Shown piece after piece: positions 13,101 to 26,926 of a DNA stretch of 64,000 bases. Numbering within the stretch: the first letter of the stretch is position 1; the number at the start of each line of letters is the position of its first letter. The stretch lies in assembly GCF_009914755.1 (NCBI RefSeq), contig NC_060933.1. The stretch is one strand, 5' to 3'. The stretch comes from the human T2T-CHM13v2.0 reference genome, Homo sapiens. Made by a program: the position numbers and the translations under genes. Below the pieces are notes generated by a model. The model did not search any database. It saw only the letters and a program-made list of their open reading frames with translations, and was not told the origin of the DNA.

Positions 13101-13764
13101 ATTCTCTTATTGACAGAAAGTCTTCAGATCAGCTTGGGACATATAAGGATTTTTATGCCCATAGATTAGCGTGAACAGTTAAAGATGCCGTTATATGTTT
13201 GTGTGTGTTTGCTGGCTTAAAGAAACTCAATAGAGTTTGTTTTGTGAAATGTGTGTATATCCTAAGGAACTAATTAATACAATAAAAATAATTCAAACAG
13301 TTTTACAAGCTTCCCAAGTAGGCTAGAAAAATGGAGGAGAAATTTTCTATCTTGTATTTTTGCCAAGTTATATTTGAAGTTGCTTGGATAAAACTAGAGA
13401 TAGAAATATATTTATTTGAGCAGTTAATGCAATTTTTATAGTTAACCTTGTTTTTGACCTTCGCTACCTGATAAAAAACTTTTTGTTCTGTGGCATTGAG
13501 CTAATTGTATAATATTTATTAAGTATATGGTAACAAATAGATAAAATTTTAAAACCTATTCCAAGCATAAGGAAAGTTAGAAAATATGCCTATGTATTGA
13601 AAACTCCTATTATTAAACTATATGATTAAAATGAGAGCTTTTTGTTCTTAAATGCAAACGAAACTATGGAATTCTTAAGGCTTTTACTAAGTTTGGAAAT
13701 TAAAAACCAAAATATCTGTTTTTGAATGTTTCCATTTATATTATGTAAGGAATATTTTCTCATT

Positions 13765-13783
13765 TGTCCAGAAGGTGGCAGTG
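13765..13783 (+). promoter_or_regulatory. Candidate CTCF-binding motif
   Basis: TGTCCAGAAGGTGGCAGTG fits the CTCF core (CCASNAGRKGGCRS) at all high-information positions and lies in non-repeat DNA. Confidence 0.5.
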
Positions 13784-14540
13784 TGATATCAACTGCATGT
13801 GATTCCATACTGACTAGAGAATTGGTGTTTTTCCCATATCGGTGATGTGTTTGTATTGTTGCTTTCTGAATACTTAAAATAGAGTACAAATACTACTGAT
13901 TTTATCTGTTGTATTGTTTAGAAATTGTGTGACTGTGTTGGTTTATATGTATTTAATCATTAAGACTCAAGTTTAATAAAATCCTGCAATTCTAGAAGAG
14001 TGAAAAGGGCAAACAAACCTCTTTCTTGTATATTTTTAAGTCTCCTTTTGTGTTGAGTATATTTGTTTTGATTCTAGAGTACATGTTATTGAAGTTTTCT
14101 TTTCAAAGACTAGTACCTAATAACTATCTTGTCCAATATGTATCAGTTCATATCAGTTAAACACCACATGTTACTAAGCAGGTGATAATGATTAGGAGAT
14201 GGCTGTTGTTTTTGATTTTGTGAATGTTTTTTCTTTTCTTCCTTTTTAGGGTGGAACTGTGAAAAAATAATTCAAAACCTCTTGATCAGAAGAGCTCTAG
14301 TGACTCTTCTTCCCCTCCCTCATTTCAAGCAGGAGGATGCTTTTTCTTCTTAACATTCTCCCCCAGCACTCTGAATTAGAGATTTATTTGCAACGAAAAA
14401 TCAATTAGTCCTAAATTTATTCATGGATTTCAGGTCCAGCGATCAATGCAAGTCCACTCAGTGGGCTCAAGGGGACCCAGTTCATCCCAGTTAATGTGTC
14501 TGAAGGGGAATTACCATTGATGCTGTTTTTTTCCCTTTAG

Positions 14541-14681
<141 letters not shown>

Positions 14682-16321
14682 TAAATAACATTGTTTGCTA
14701 CTGAGACATATAGAAAAATAAATTGCACTAACTGGAGAGAATGAAAGCCTCAAAGTATTGTGAATAATTTAAAGGAGATGCAAATAGATGTTTCTTCATT
14801 TTTCTTCTATCATGTAACAGTATACTTTACAAAATACTGTTTTTTTCTTTAAAGCCTAGAACTAGCCTATTAAAATAATCCAGAAAAGTGTTTTTACCAA
14901 GGAAAAATGTGTTTTATGGCAAAGTACAGTATTAAAAGAAAATACTTTCCTATCAGCAGAGGACAATAAGACACTAGGCTGTTACCTCTTTAAGCAAGTC
15001 TCAATTTGTTGCTTTTATTGTTTGAAAATAAGTAATTTTAGAAAAAAAATAAAATAATAAATCACTTTAGTTGTAAACATCAAAAGAGATACCTGAAATA
15101 TCTCAATATTAATTCCAAAATATATCCAACATTTCTTATGAAGTAATTTAATTTCAGCAAAGCTTAAACTTACCTGTGTTTTCTATTGAAGAGTATTTTA
15201 CCCTTTAATATTTAGTTTTAGTGAACATTGTAAGATGTGCAAATTGGGTCATTTCATTTATAAAACTTAAAATATCAAATCATAAGAACTCAAATAACTT
15301 TAAAGTACACTAATAAACTTATTTTTAGAAACATTCATTTTCGGATGCTGTAGGTATCCTTCTATTTTATGTCACTATTGTATTAATATTATTGTGATCA
15401 ATTTTTTCCTTAAGGTTATTTTTCTTAATCTGACAAAATGAAATTCAGTGTGTCCTTTTAATGCCCAAAACCTTCATTAAAAAAAGAAAACTATCAACAT
15501 TATGTAAATTATAGGAAGCATGATATTTCAAAAGAGACTGTCCTTGTTCAATAGCACTCTATTTTTTAGTGTATTTAAAAGGAGAAATATCTCTTAAAAC
15601 TTAGTGTGTCTTTCACATGTTGAGATTTAAAATAATCTTTTTCATTTTAGTTTATGACCCTGTGGAATTTTAATTTTATAGAAAATTAATGTCAGTGTGT
15701 GTGTGGAGCAATGTTAATTTTTTATATGCTCCATATCCTAATTTAATTTGTTATTAGTACCAAATTAATGCTCTACAAGGAAAAAAATACTCATTGCTTC
15801 TTTCATTAGATTGTCCAATATGTCTAAAATATATATAATTATAAAAGTAAGCATAAAATATTTTTCTTCTCTGTTATAGGGTAGATTGCTGTACTGTTAT
15901 TTAAGATGAGATTTAAAATGTGTATTTTAAATTTGATTGTCAGTATTTATGAATTCATCATTACTATGAATACAGTCTGATTTGAGATTTTTCTAGTGGT
16001 TGTAAAATAATCCTTTACTTGGCTATTTCAATTCAGAATCTCACAAGGCTTAGTATTTGTCGTAATTTACAAGTAAAGACTTCCTCAAAACTAGATGTTG
16101 GTGATTTCGAAAGAGGTTGATTCCCCAAAATGCCCTTTTTGGGGGTTATGATATCTGGGAACAGCAAGAAGGAAATGTAGAGACCCACAGTTTAAACTAC
16201 TGTCTTTTCCAGGTTCTAATAAAAATATTAGACTCCCACCTGGATAAGTTCCATTGACATGCTGTAATATATATTGTAGTTTAGTAGTATACATCATAGT
16301 TGGAAAATTAGGAGACATTAG

Positions 16322-16560
16322 TGATAATAATAGTACCTACAATTTCAGCGAACACTTAACTATGTACCAGGTACCATGCTTAGCTCTTTGAATATATCAT
16401 CTTATTTAATTCTCACAATGAGCCTGTCAAATAAATGGCACTATCTCCATTTTACACTTCACCACCACCACCACAACAAACACAACGGGTAACTCCTCAG
16501 ATCAACAGCAAGGAAAAGGCAGAGCCTGGATTTAAGTCTAATAGTATTTGACTGCTAAGC
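16322..16560 (-). mobile_element. MIR SINE
   Basis: CACTTAACTATGTACCAGGTACCATGCT...TTTAATTCTCACAA...CTCCATTTTACA...GGCAGAGCCTGGATTT. Confidence 0.75.
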
Positions 16561-17124
16561 TGAATTAATAAATCTGATACTAAAAAATGTAGACACATAT
16601 GTTACATGGTAAGAGTAAAACCTTAGATATCTATAATGGAATTTTTCTTCCATTTGTAAAAAATTATGCATCTATGTATGATATAGATCATAGTTTATGC
16701 TGTATTGTAGACTAATTATGGGCTAATAGTATGAAACTCTAATTTCACCTTTTTTTTTGCAGTATAAAAATATGTGCATTTATACTAAGTGTGGCTACTG
16801 ACTTGGGAATTCAGTAGTTGTTTAACTTTGTACTCTGACTCTGTACTGATGAAGTGGACTATTCAGAGTTCTCAACCTTTGATTATGAAGAGAGGATCAC
16901 TCAGCAGGGTGTGGTGGTATATGAACCATTTGCCCAACTTACTCAGCTGTCATTTACAGAAGTAGGAGCTGAAGTTTTCTGTCTTTTTCAATGGGGGCAA
17001 ACTTTATTATAGGTATAATCCTGAATGGAAAGAGACCAGTGAGCATTATTACTGAGTGAAGAGGATGAGTGGAGTACCTTTGTTCTCTGAACCTGGAAGA
17101 GCATGTGACTGATGCTTTTCTATG

Positions 17125-17335
17125 GAGAAAACCTCAGTTCAACTTGTTTCTGAGATCTGCTAGCTTTCCCCTCCAATTTTCTTAGCTGAAACAAACAAAC
17201 AAACAAACAAACAAACAAAAAGTAATGCTACTGATCCCCGAGACTTGCAGTGGGATTGAATACAGCAATGGATGTAAAGTGTAGTACAGTGCCTAGCCTA
17301 GAGAAAGCAGACAATGCAGGGTGGCTGTTGTTATT
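17125..17335 (+). mobile_element. MIR SINE with an internal (AAAC)n repeat at 17188-17220
   Basis: ATGTAAAGTG...ACAGTGCCTAGCCTAG, a MIR 3' motif; the AAAC tract is read directly. Confidence 0.6.
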
Positions 17336-17978
17336 GCAGCCGTTATAAGGCCCTTGTAAAGATGAAGTAAGCAACAGTAGCTTGTTTTCATTACGTTTAA
17401 GGTGTATGTATGTTTTATTTTGAGGAATCGTTATTTAAGATCTTTTTTTTTCTGTATCTTTCCATTTAGTTTCTTCACCCTTCCCTGTTTCTTCAAAAAC
17501 TTTAAATAATTTTGATCAAGCACAGCCTACCATAGCTTCTTATTTACTTTTCCATGGCATAGGATGTTCCAATGAGGCCATGTCTCCAGTGAAACCTTTC
17601 GTTTAAGTTCCTGTAGCAAATTTAAACCTATACTAGTGTTTTATCTTCCAAATAACAGCAAATAGGCTTTCATTATAATAGTGAGAAGAATAAAAACACC
17701 CCTATTAGACCAATTAGCTTTAAATGAAAAGTCCAGTGTAGTGTGAATGCAGAGAACTTTGCAATAAAAAAGATTCTACTTATACTTTATAAAGATAATA
17801 CCTATTATTCATTATCTTATACTCTGAATTACAATTTTTCAATAATTATGATATGTACTATTGGTAATAACTGGCAAATATTAGTAGGCATCCAGTAAAT
17901 ATTTGTGTTTTCATTTCGATTCAGTAGTAAACAATAAATAATAATTAAACAGTAACAATAGCTAATATTTGTTGAGTG

Positions 17979-19146
17979 CACAAAAATCAATCCAAGATGG
18001 ATAAAAGACTTAAATGTAAATCCTTAAACTATAAAAACCCTGGAAGCCAACCTAGGCAATACCATTCTGGACATAGGAACCAGCAAAGATTTCATGATGA
18101 AGGTGCCAAAAGCAATTGCAACAAAGACAACAAATGACAAATGGGATCAAATTAAATTTAAGAGCTTCTGTACAGCAAAAGAAACTATCAACAGAGTAAA
18201 CAGACAACCTACAGAATGGGGAAAAATATTGCAAACTGTGCATCTGATGAAGGTTTAATGTCCAGCACCTATAAGGAACTTAAATTTACGAGAAAAAACC
18301 AACCCCATTAAAAAGTGGGCACAGGATATGAACACATACTTTTCAAAAGAAGACATACACACAAGTTAACAGGAGTATGAAAAAAAAAACTCAACAACAT
18401 TGCTGATCATTAGAGAAATGCCAATCAAAACCACAATGAGATACCATCTCACACCAGTCAAAATGGCTATTATTAAAAAGTCAAAAAATAACAGATGCTG
18501 ATGAGGTTGTGGAGAAAAGGGAATGCTTATACACTGTTGGTGGGAGTGTAAATTAGTTCAGCCCTAGTGGAAAGCAGTGTGGCAATTCCTCAAAAAGCTG
18601 AAAACAGAACTACCATTTGACCTAGCACTCCCATTACTGAGTATGTACCCAAAGGAAAACAAATTGTTCTACCATAAAGACACATGCAGGCATATGTTCA
18701 CTGTAGCACTAGTCACAATAGCAAAACATGGACTCAACCTAAATGTCCATCCATGGTAGAATGGATAAAGAAAATGTGGTACATATACACCATGGAATAC
18801 TATACAACCATAAAAAGAACGAGATCATGTTTTTTGTGGGAACATGGATAAAGCTGGAGGCGATCATCCTCAGCAATCTAACACGGGAACAGAAAACCAA
18901 ACACCACATGTTCTTGTAAGTGGGAGCTAAATGATGAGAACACATGGACACAAAGAGGGGAACAATTGGGGCCTTGAGTCTGGAGGGTGTGGGAGAAGGG
19001 AGAGGATCAGAAAAAATAACTATTGAGAACTAGGCTTAGTACCTGGGTGACAAAGTAATCTGTACAACAAACCATTGTGACATGAGTTTACCTATATAAC
19101 AAGCCTGCATATTTACCTCTAAACCTAAAATAAAAGTTAAAAAAAA
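17979..19146 (+). mobile_element. 5'-truncated L1PA13-16-like LINE-1
   Basis: ORF2 C-terminal peptide (ORF 18577..18759) and 3'UTR GGATCAGAAAAAATAACTATTG...AAACCTAAAATAAAAGTT plus poly-A. Confidence 0.88.
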
Positions 19147-19299
19147 TCATTTGAAATTCTGCCATTCAGACACAACCAATGTTAACATTTTGGTATATAT
19201 TCTTCCATTTATTTTTTAGCCATAAATACAAACTCACATGCACATATTATTTATATTTAATACACCTATATATATTTAAACAACAATTGGGCCATACAG

Positions 19300-19590
19300 T
19301 TTTTTTCACTTTTTTTCCTTTTTATTGGTATGTAATAGTTGTACATGTTTTGGAGGCACATGTGATATTTTGATACCTATATACAATGTGCAATGATCAA
19401 TCAGGGTAATTTGGTTATCTGTCCCCTCGAATGCTTTTCTTTATGTTGGGCATATTACAATTCTTCTCTTTTAGCTATTTTGAAATATACAATAAATTAT
19501 TGTTAATTATAATTTCCCTATTATACTATTGAATATTAGAACTTATACCTTCTAGCTAACTATTTTTGTACTCTTTAACCAACTTCTCTT
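19300..19590 (-). mobile_element. L1MA 3' end with TSD, inside an older L1ME-like remnant (~19150-19950)
   Basis: Poly-T plus L1MA 3'UTR antisense; TTGGGCCATAC duplicated at 19287-19297 and 19589-19599. Confidence 0.75.
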
Positions 19591-20425
19591 GGGCCATACT
19601 ATTTGTGTGCATTGTTTTTTAAACCTAATAACATATCTTTCTTGTCAGTAATTACAGATTTATGTAATTATTTTTGATGGCTGAGTTGTGCTCTGCTACA
19701 TGGCTCTACCACAGTATATTTTATCAGTTTTCTGTTGATGGATATTTGAAGTTATTTTGAGTTTTTGGTTATTATGAATAAGGTGGTAATTACTATCCTC
19801 TTGCATACATCTTTTGATTATTCTCTTTTTTCTCCTGGAATAAATTAGTAGAATGATTGCATCAAATATTATGTGTACTCTAAGGCTTTTAATACACATT
19901 CTCCAATTGCCCCTGAAAAAGATAAGATGGTTCCACTTTACCCCCTGCAAGACTTCTATTAGCCCTTTAATTTTCTTTTTAAAGTGTGGTTCTTTAATTT
20001 CTGATAATAGAAGAAAGTTTTTTTCTCTTTTTATAATTTTGGTCTTCCCTGAATTTGCAGACATCCATTCTTACTAGGTCCTTATTTTACACAGAGTTGC
20101 TAAGTTTTAGTCTAAGAGATTCTCCTTGGTGAAGTAAAGAGGATACATTTTGTGGCAGCTGCTTGTCTCACAGATTTTCTTTTTCATTGCTTTCTAAGTC
20201 CATGACTGTGCTTTGAATGTTTGAGATTATTGGAATTGGTAAGGGACATCATTTTAATAGTAAGTTATCAAAAAGATTTTGGATTATCCAAAGTTGTTGT
20301 CTATAGGAGTTTGTGCAATTCTCTTTATTCTTTTACATTTTTTACTTGCCAATTGATAAATTGTAGTTGTGTATATTTACATGGTACAGAGTGATCTTAC
20401 GGCTTATGAATACCATGTGCAATAA

Positions 20426-20821
<396 letters not shown>

Positions 20822-21318
20822 TAATTTTTTAATTGGGTTGTGGAATCGAAAATAATGTTGGAATGTCACCTTCTTCAAAGGTTTGTAAATACTACCCAGA
20901 GAAGAGCTATTTGTTAGGGAAATACAATTAGCTGGCAAAGTCATATAGTTCATCTGAGAATAAACGAATTTGATGGAAAAATACCATCCTTTGTCTCATC
21001 TAGCTACTTGACAGGTATAGACTCTAGTTCTTCAGAATGTAAATTGTGCCAATGAGCAATCTAAATGTCCTAGATATGGGGCCTAACTTGAATGTGAATA
21101 TAAGAAGTAGTGAATTTGGTGCTTTTTTCGGTTGTTGTTGACAGTAGGAAGAGTTTGCTACTTGGTAGTTGAAATTTTAGAATTCTACTCTGAAGATTTC
21201 ATATTGCACAAGTAGAACTAAAATTTCTTCAAAATTTCCTTAGTAGAGCCCTAAGCAATGCTAAACAAAACAAAGTATTACAAGAAATGAAATACTAAGG
21301 TGCGTAGAAGAACTTATT

Positions 21319-22557
21319 ATTTTTCTCTTTTTGTTTCTTTTTCTCATTAAGAAATTTGATGCATAATAGATGTACATGGTTTTAGGGTACATGTGATAAT
21401 TTAATACATTCATATAATTTGTAAAGTTCAAATCAGTGTGCTTGGGATATAGATCCATCACCTTAAATATTTGTCTTTTCTTTATATTAGAACCATTCAA
21501 ATTCTTCTAGCTATTTAAAAATACAAAATAGATTATTGTAAACTGTAGTTACCCTACTGATCTAACACTAGGTCTTATTATTTCTATCACACCATATATT
21601 TGTACCCATTAATCAACTTCTCTTCATCCCCTTCTCAACCACTACCCTTCCTGGCCTCTGGTAACCACCAATCTATATATCTTCATGAGAGTCACCTTTT
21701 TAGCTCCCACATATGAGTCAGAACATGCAACATTTGTCTTTCTGTGCTTGGCTTATTTCATTTAATGACCTGCAGTTCTATCTGTGTTGCTGCAAATGAT
21801 AAGATTTCATTCCTAATTCATTGTGTATATCTATATCGCATTTTCTTTATTCATTTATTAACGGCCACTTAGGCTGGTTCCACATTTTGGCTGTTGTGAA
21901 TAATGCTGCAGTAAAAATAGGAGTACAGATGCCTTGTGATGTATTTCTTTCTTTTGTACACATACCCAGTAGTGGAGTTACTGGATCATGTGGTAGTTCT
22001 ATTTTTAGTTTTTTGAGGAAACTCCATACTGTTCTCCATAGTGCCTTACTAATATACATTCTCCCTAATAGTGTGCGAGGATTCTCCTTTCTCCATATTT
22101 TTACTGGCATCCATTATTGCCTGTCTTTTTAATATAAATTTTAACCGGGGTGAGATGATAGCTCATTGTGGTTTTGATTTGCATTTCTGTGATAGTTAAT
22201 GATGTTGAGTATTCTTTTCATATACTGTTGACCATTTGTATGTTTTCTTTTGAGAAATATCTATTCAGATCTTTTTGCCACTTTTAAATTAAATTATTTG
22301 TTATTTTGCTATTGAGTTGTTTGAGCTCCTTGCATATTCTGGTTGTTAATCCCTTGTCAGATGGACGATTTGCGAGTGTATTCTCCCATGCTGTGGGTTG
22401 TCTCTTCACTTTGTTGATGGCTTCCTTTGCTGTGCAGAAGCTTTTTAACTTGATGTAATCCCATTTTTCTATTTTTGGCTTGGTTGTCTGTGTTTTTAAA
22501 GTCTTAAAAAGAAAATCTTTGCCCAGATCAGTGTCCTGGAGTGTTTCCCCAGTGTTT
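21319..22557 (-). mobile_element. 5'-truncated L1MA (L1MA2/3-like) with TSD
   Basis: ORF2 C-terminal peptide (ORF 21847..22110, LKKLKIELPHDPVTPLLG); TSD AGAA(G/A)AACTTATT at 21306-21318 and 22558-22570. Confidence 0.85.
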
Positions 22558-22989
22558 AGAAAAACTTATTTTAAAGGCTTGTTGCAAAGTGAGATAACAA
22601 TAGTGATCTTAGTTTTAATTCAATAACAGTATAAATAGCATTTAAACGTCGGTTATGGTCATTGTGAGTTATGCCTTGTCATCCTTAATCTATATCTTCT
22701 CCTAAGATTTTAGTGTTTCATGACTGGGAAAACTGCTTGATAATTAGCTTTGCGTATCAGCTATTACTAGAGCAGTTTTCGTATTATCCCATAAGTCTTT
22801 TCACCATCCTTTTCTCCCATTATTCCTCCTTCTCTTTCTGTGCCTGTTGTCTGATTTCTAGGTTTTTTATTTGTTTGTTTGATGGTGGTGGAGGGGGGAT
22901 GCATCAGATTTTTAGGACAGAATCTTGAGGGTAAAAATATAAAATTATACTCTTTTTGTTCAGATATTTTACCAGCCGATAAAAGCCAG

Positions 22990-23032
<43 letters not shown>

Positions 23033-23166
23033 TCCTTCCTTCTTTCCTTCCTTCCTTCCTTCCTTCCTTCCTTCCTTCCTTCCTTCCTTCCTTCCTTCCT
23101 TCCTTCCTTCCTGGCTGCCTTCCTCCCCTCCCATCCCCTCCCCTCCTCTCCCCTCCCCTCCCCTTC
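22990..23166 (+). repeat. (CCTG)10(CCTT)n(CCCCT)n compound pyrimidine STR at an Alu tail
   Basis: Read directly; contiguous with the poly-T end of the AluJ. Confidence 0.95.
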
Positions 23167-23489
23167 CTTTTCTTTTGAGACAGGATCTTCCTCTGTTGCT
23201 CAGGTTAGAGTGCAGTGGTGTGATCATAGCTCACTGCAGTCTCAAATGCCAGGGCTCAAGCAATCTTCCTGCCTCAGCCTGCTGAGTACCTAGGACCACA
23301 GGTGCGCACCACCATACCCAGGTAATATTTTTAATTTTTTGTAGATAATATTTTATTTTTAAATTTTTTTGTAGAAACACAGTCTCGCTATGCTACCCAG
23401 ACTGGTCTGAAACTCCTGGCCTCAAGCTATCCTTCCATCTCAGCCTCCCAAAGTATTGGGATTACCGGCATTAGCCACCATGGCTGGCT
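23167..23489 (-). mobile_element. AluJ
   Basis: GAGACAGG...GATCATAGCTCACTGCAG...GGCTCAAGCAATC...CCTGGCCTCAAGC, AluJ diagnostics; diverged. Confidence 0.9.
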
Positions 23490-24239
23490 CTTTTATTTTA
23501 AAAGATTTATTGTAATAAGGTATTTTCTGTATATCCATTATTAAAACATAGTCTTGCACACTAAGGTAGTGCCTTCTGTCTCTCAACTCCTTCTGATAGG
23601 TAGAAGGAGTTCTATAAAGTTTTCTTTTTAATACTAGCAGATGAGATATCTTACATCTTGCATCCTGGGTTGTATTTCAGACCAGTGTGTTTGTTTCTTG
23701 TTTTTTCTTGTTGAGATTTTTATCTCTCTTTGCCTTTTAAAAAGGACAAGATGACATTTAAGAGCAAGTAATTGCATCCATGTAAAGCTTCTGCTACAGT
23801 TTTAAAGAATCTTATAACTTTGTACTCCTTAATTCAGCTTAATGTATGTATGAATTATATACCTTGCGGGAATGATCTGGTATAACTGATCTGAACTGAG
23901 ATTAAGGAAAATCTGGTAGGACTTCTTTAAAAACAAGGTAGATTTATAAATTCATTTTTCTAGTTTTGTTGTTTATTATTCCTTTTCTTAATAGGAAAAA
24001 ATAATTAGGAAGGAAATAAAATCATAGCAGAATCAGTATTACAGAAGGTTGAAGCAGTTATGCAACTTTGCTAGAAAGTAGTAGGACTGGCAATAAAGCA
24101 GTTGAAATCCTTCCCCCTGTAGACACAAATTACACCAGTAGCAGGGATTCTCATTATTTTATACAATTGTTTTCTTTTTGTGTGTATGTGGAATACAACA
24201 TTGTCTTTTCTTGTGAAGGATGAGTATGTATTACAATTC

Positions 24240-24460
24240 TTGTGGTAGCACTGGATAGAATTCCAGTGCTACTGGAGTTCTATCCTAGAATCACTATTTT
24301 CTGTGACCCCTTGACCCTGAATTCTTCCAGCATGTCAGTTTCCTCATCAGTAAAATGGAGGTGATATTACCTGGTCTGGTGCATCTTTGGGTGATTATGA
24401 GGATCCTATAACATAATGTATGAAAGAACTTAGAAAATTAAATCGCACTAATAAATGTTT
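24240..24460 (+). mobile_element. MIR SINE
   Basis: TCAGTTTCCTCATCAGTAAAATGGAGGTGATA, the MIR core. Confidence 0.7.
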
Positions 24461-24734
24461 TTGAAATAATTTTTCTTTAAATATTTGCCATATAAACATC
24501 CCTTGGTCAGGTATATATAGATTGCTTAGTTTTCAATTTCAGGTTAATATTTTTACCCCTTTAAAAGACAAGAAAGTAAATCAGATTATATGGAAATTGG
24601 CAACCATAAGTCTGTGCAATTTACTGTATGTCATTGAGTTATGTTGATTAGAATGGGAATTATTTTCTTAACAGCATAGTATTTGGAAAAGTTGAAATAA
24701 TTTCATTTTCTGGGGAAGGAGTCAGCAAGGTAGT

Positions 24735-24955
24735 ATTAGAAAAAGCTTGTGTGGAGAGTCAGAATGCCTGGATTGAAGTTCTGGCCCTGTAATTTAACCA
24801 CCTCGGTAAGTCACTCAACAGCACAGAGCCACTGTTCCCTCATCTGTAAAAGGTGACAGTGACGCCAGTCTTGCTTTTGCTCACAGGACTGTAGGGAGAT
24901 CAGATGAGATAATGTGCATGTGAAGGTGATTTTCACATTAAAAAATGCTATATTA
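24735..24955 (+). mobile_element. MIR SINE
   Basis: GGAGAGTCAGAATGCCTGGATTGAAGTTCTGGC...TTCCCTCATCTGTAAAAGG...GATGAGATAATGTGCATGTGAA. Confidence 0.7.
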
Positions 24956-25052
24956 GTAAAAGCTAAGTTGGACTGAACTATAAAAGGCCTAAGGTCAGGA
25001 ACGGTGACCCAACTATATTGAGAAAGGTTTTAGTGTTTTGACTTTTGGAGGT

Positions 25053-25286
25053 TTTTGATTGATGACCTGTTCAACATGTGCCTTCAAAAAAATAATATGT
25101 TCAACAACTTTAGTGTTTCCTTCCAGTTAAGTATACAGCCATTGCCAAGACCCAGGTGGTAAATTCATGCCATATACTACTATTTAAATAATCATATAAA
25201 GTAATGCAAACATTACTACTGTTTCCATATTTTGAAACATTTTGTCACCTTTTCATCATTTAATTTTGGGATGATTTCAAATTCCA
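25053..25286 (+). repeat. Copy A of a ~235-bp dispersed direct duplication
   Basis: Aligns by eye to 28440-28676 with about 13 substitutions and 2 small indels. Confidence 0.93.
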
Positions 25287-26194
25287 ACTCAAGTGGTGAC
25301 AGTATTTGCTTTTATGTGAAATGTTTGAGATGCAATTAGTAAAAAACAAAAATGACAAAACGTATCAAAGTACAGTACAGAATTTTGTTTTTTGTTACAA
25401 CTCTGAGTTCTAGGTGGCCCTAAGTAGAAAAGCTGCTGACATGATGTGAACATAATTTCTTTGTCATTAATGTTAAGAGGCAAAAACTAAATTCTAAACT
25501 TGATGCTTTATCTTTTTGTTCATTTTAAGGCCACTTTTTAAATATAACTAGAACTATTATATCTTTTAATACTTATTATTGAGAGAACGAAGCCTGTGAG
25601 CAGTTGAACTTTCAAGTGCTATAACCAGAATTGCTATTCATTTTAGCTACTTGGACAAAAAACAGTGTTTGATGGACTGCCTAGGTGAAGACCTGGAAAA
25701 GGAAGGGTTATCTACAAATGAGTGAGTTTATTATGGCTTAGTGATTTGCTGATTGATTTCATTTGCTGTCAGTTAAGGCTCTCTTAATGTCAGTTTTCTT
25801 TGCATAATGCCTTGAAATGAAGACTGATGAAGTTCTTCAAATTGATGCCGCTTATATAAACTGACCCCGATTTGCCCTATTCTGCATGACAACTTAAGTG
25901 ACAGCAGTTAGAAGAAAATACAGCAATGAATATGCAACTTAAGGATTAAGGAAGATGCAGTAAATCAGTCTAAAGCTAAGTACAATGATAATTTCTTGTA
26001 ATAATTCCACAGATGCCTTACATTTGTTAAACAGACTGTTATTACTCTCAAATACTCAAATATATGTTTTCATTATATACATGTATTTGAATTGAAGAAG
26101 AGAACTAAAAGTTATTCCAACAGAGATCCTAATTCTTTTCCCTCTTATTTAAACTTGGAATTATCAAAATCACAGTTTTAAAAATATTTTATTT

Positions 26195-26885
26195 AGGATA
26201 TCCACATGCAAAAGAATGAAATTGGACCTTGGTCTTACAACATGCACAATAATCAACTCAAAATGGAGTACACAATGTTAGAAAGACCTAATGCCATAAA
26301 ACAAAGGAAACAACAAAATGGAAAGGCAACTTGTGGAATAGGAAAAACTATTTATAAACTGTATATCCAGTAAGGAGTTTAATATCCAAAATATATAAGG
26401 AACTCATACAACACAATAACTTTTTTAAAAAATGGGCAAAGGACCTAAAAAGACATTTTTCCAAAGAACACATGCAAGTGGCCAATAAGTAAAAAGGTGT
26501 TCAACACCGCTAACCATTAGGGAAATGAAAATCAAAACCACAATGAGATATCACATCACAACTGTTAGGATGGCTATTACCAGAAAGTCAAAAGACAACA
26601 AGTGTTGGCAAGGATGTAGAGAAAAGCGAACCTTTGTGCACTATTGGTGGAAATGTAAATTGGTATAGCTATTATGGAAAACAGTATGGAATTTCCTCAA
26701 AAAATAAAAATAGAACTACCATATGATCCAGCAATCCTACTTCTGGGTATACATCAAAAGGAAATGAAACCGTTGTCTTGAAGACATGTCTACACTTCCA
26801 TGTTCATTGTAGCATTATTCACAATAGCCAAGATATAGAAACAACCTAAGTGTCCTCTGATGAATGAATGGACAGAGGAAATGTT

Positions 26886-26926
<41 letters not shown>

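Noticed and set aside
22879-23227. ORFs with PACL/PSFL and GRKE repeats
   Set aside because: They are translations of the CCTG/CCTT microsatellite and Alu, with no evidence of coding.
25647-25721. Possible 75-nt cassette exon (ttcattttAG...TGA|GTGAGT) with an in-frame TGA
   Set aside because: The pyrimidine tract is short and the exonic donor context is poor; such pseudo-exons are expected by chance in 45 kb without junction data.
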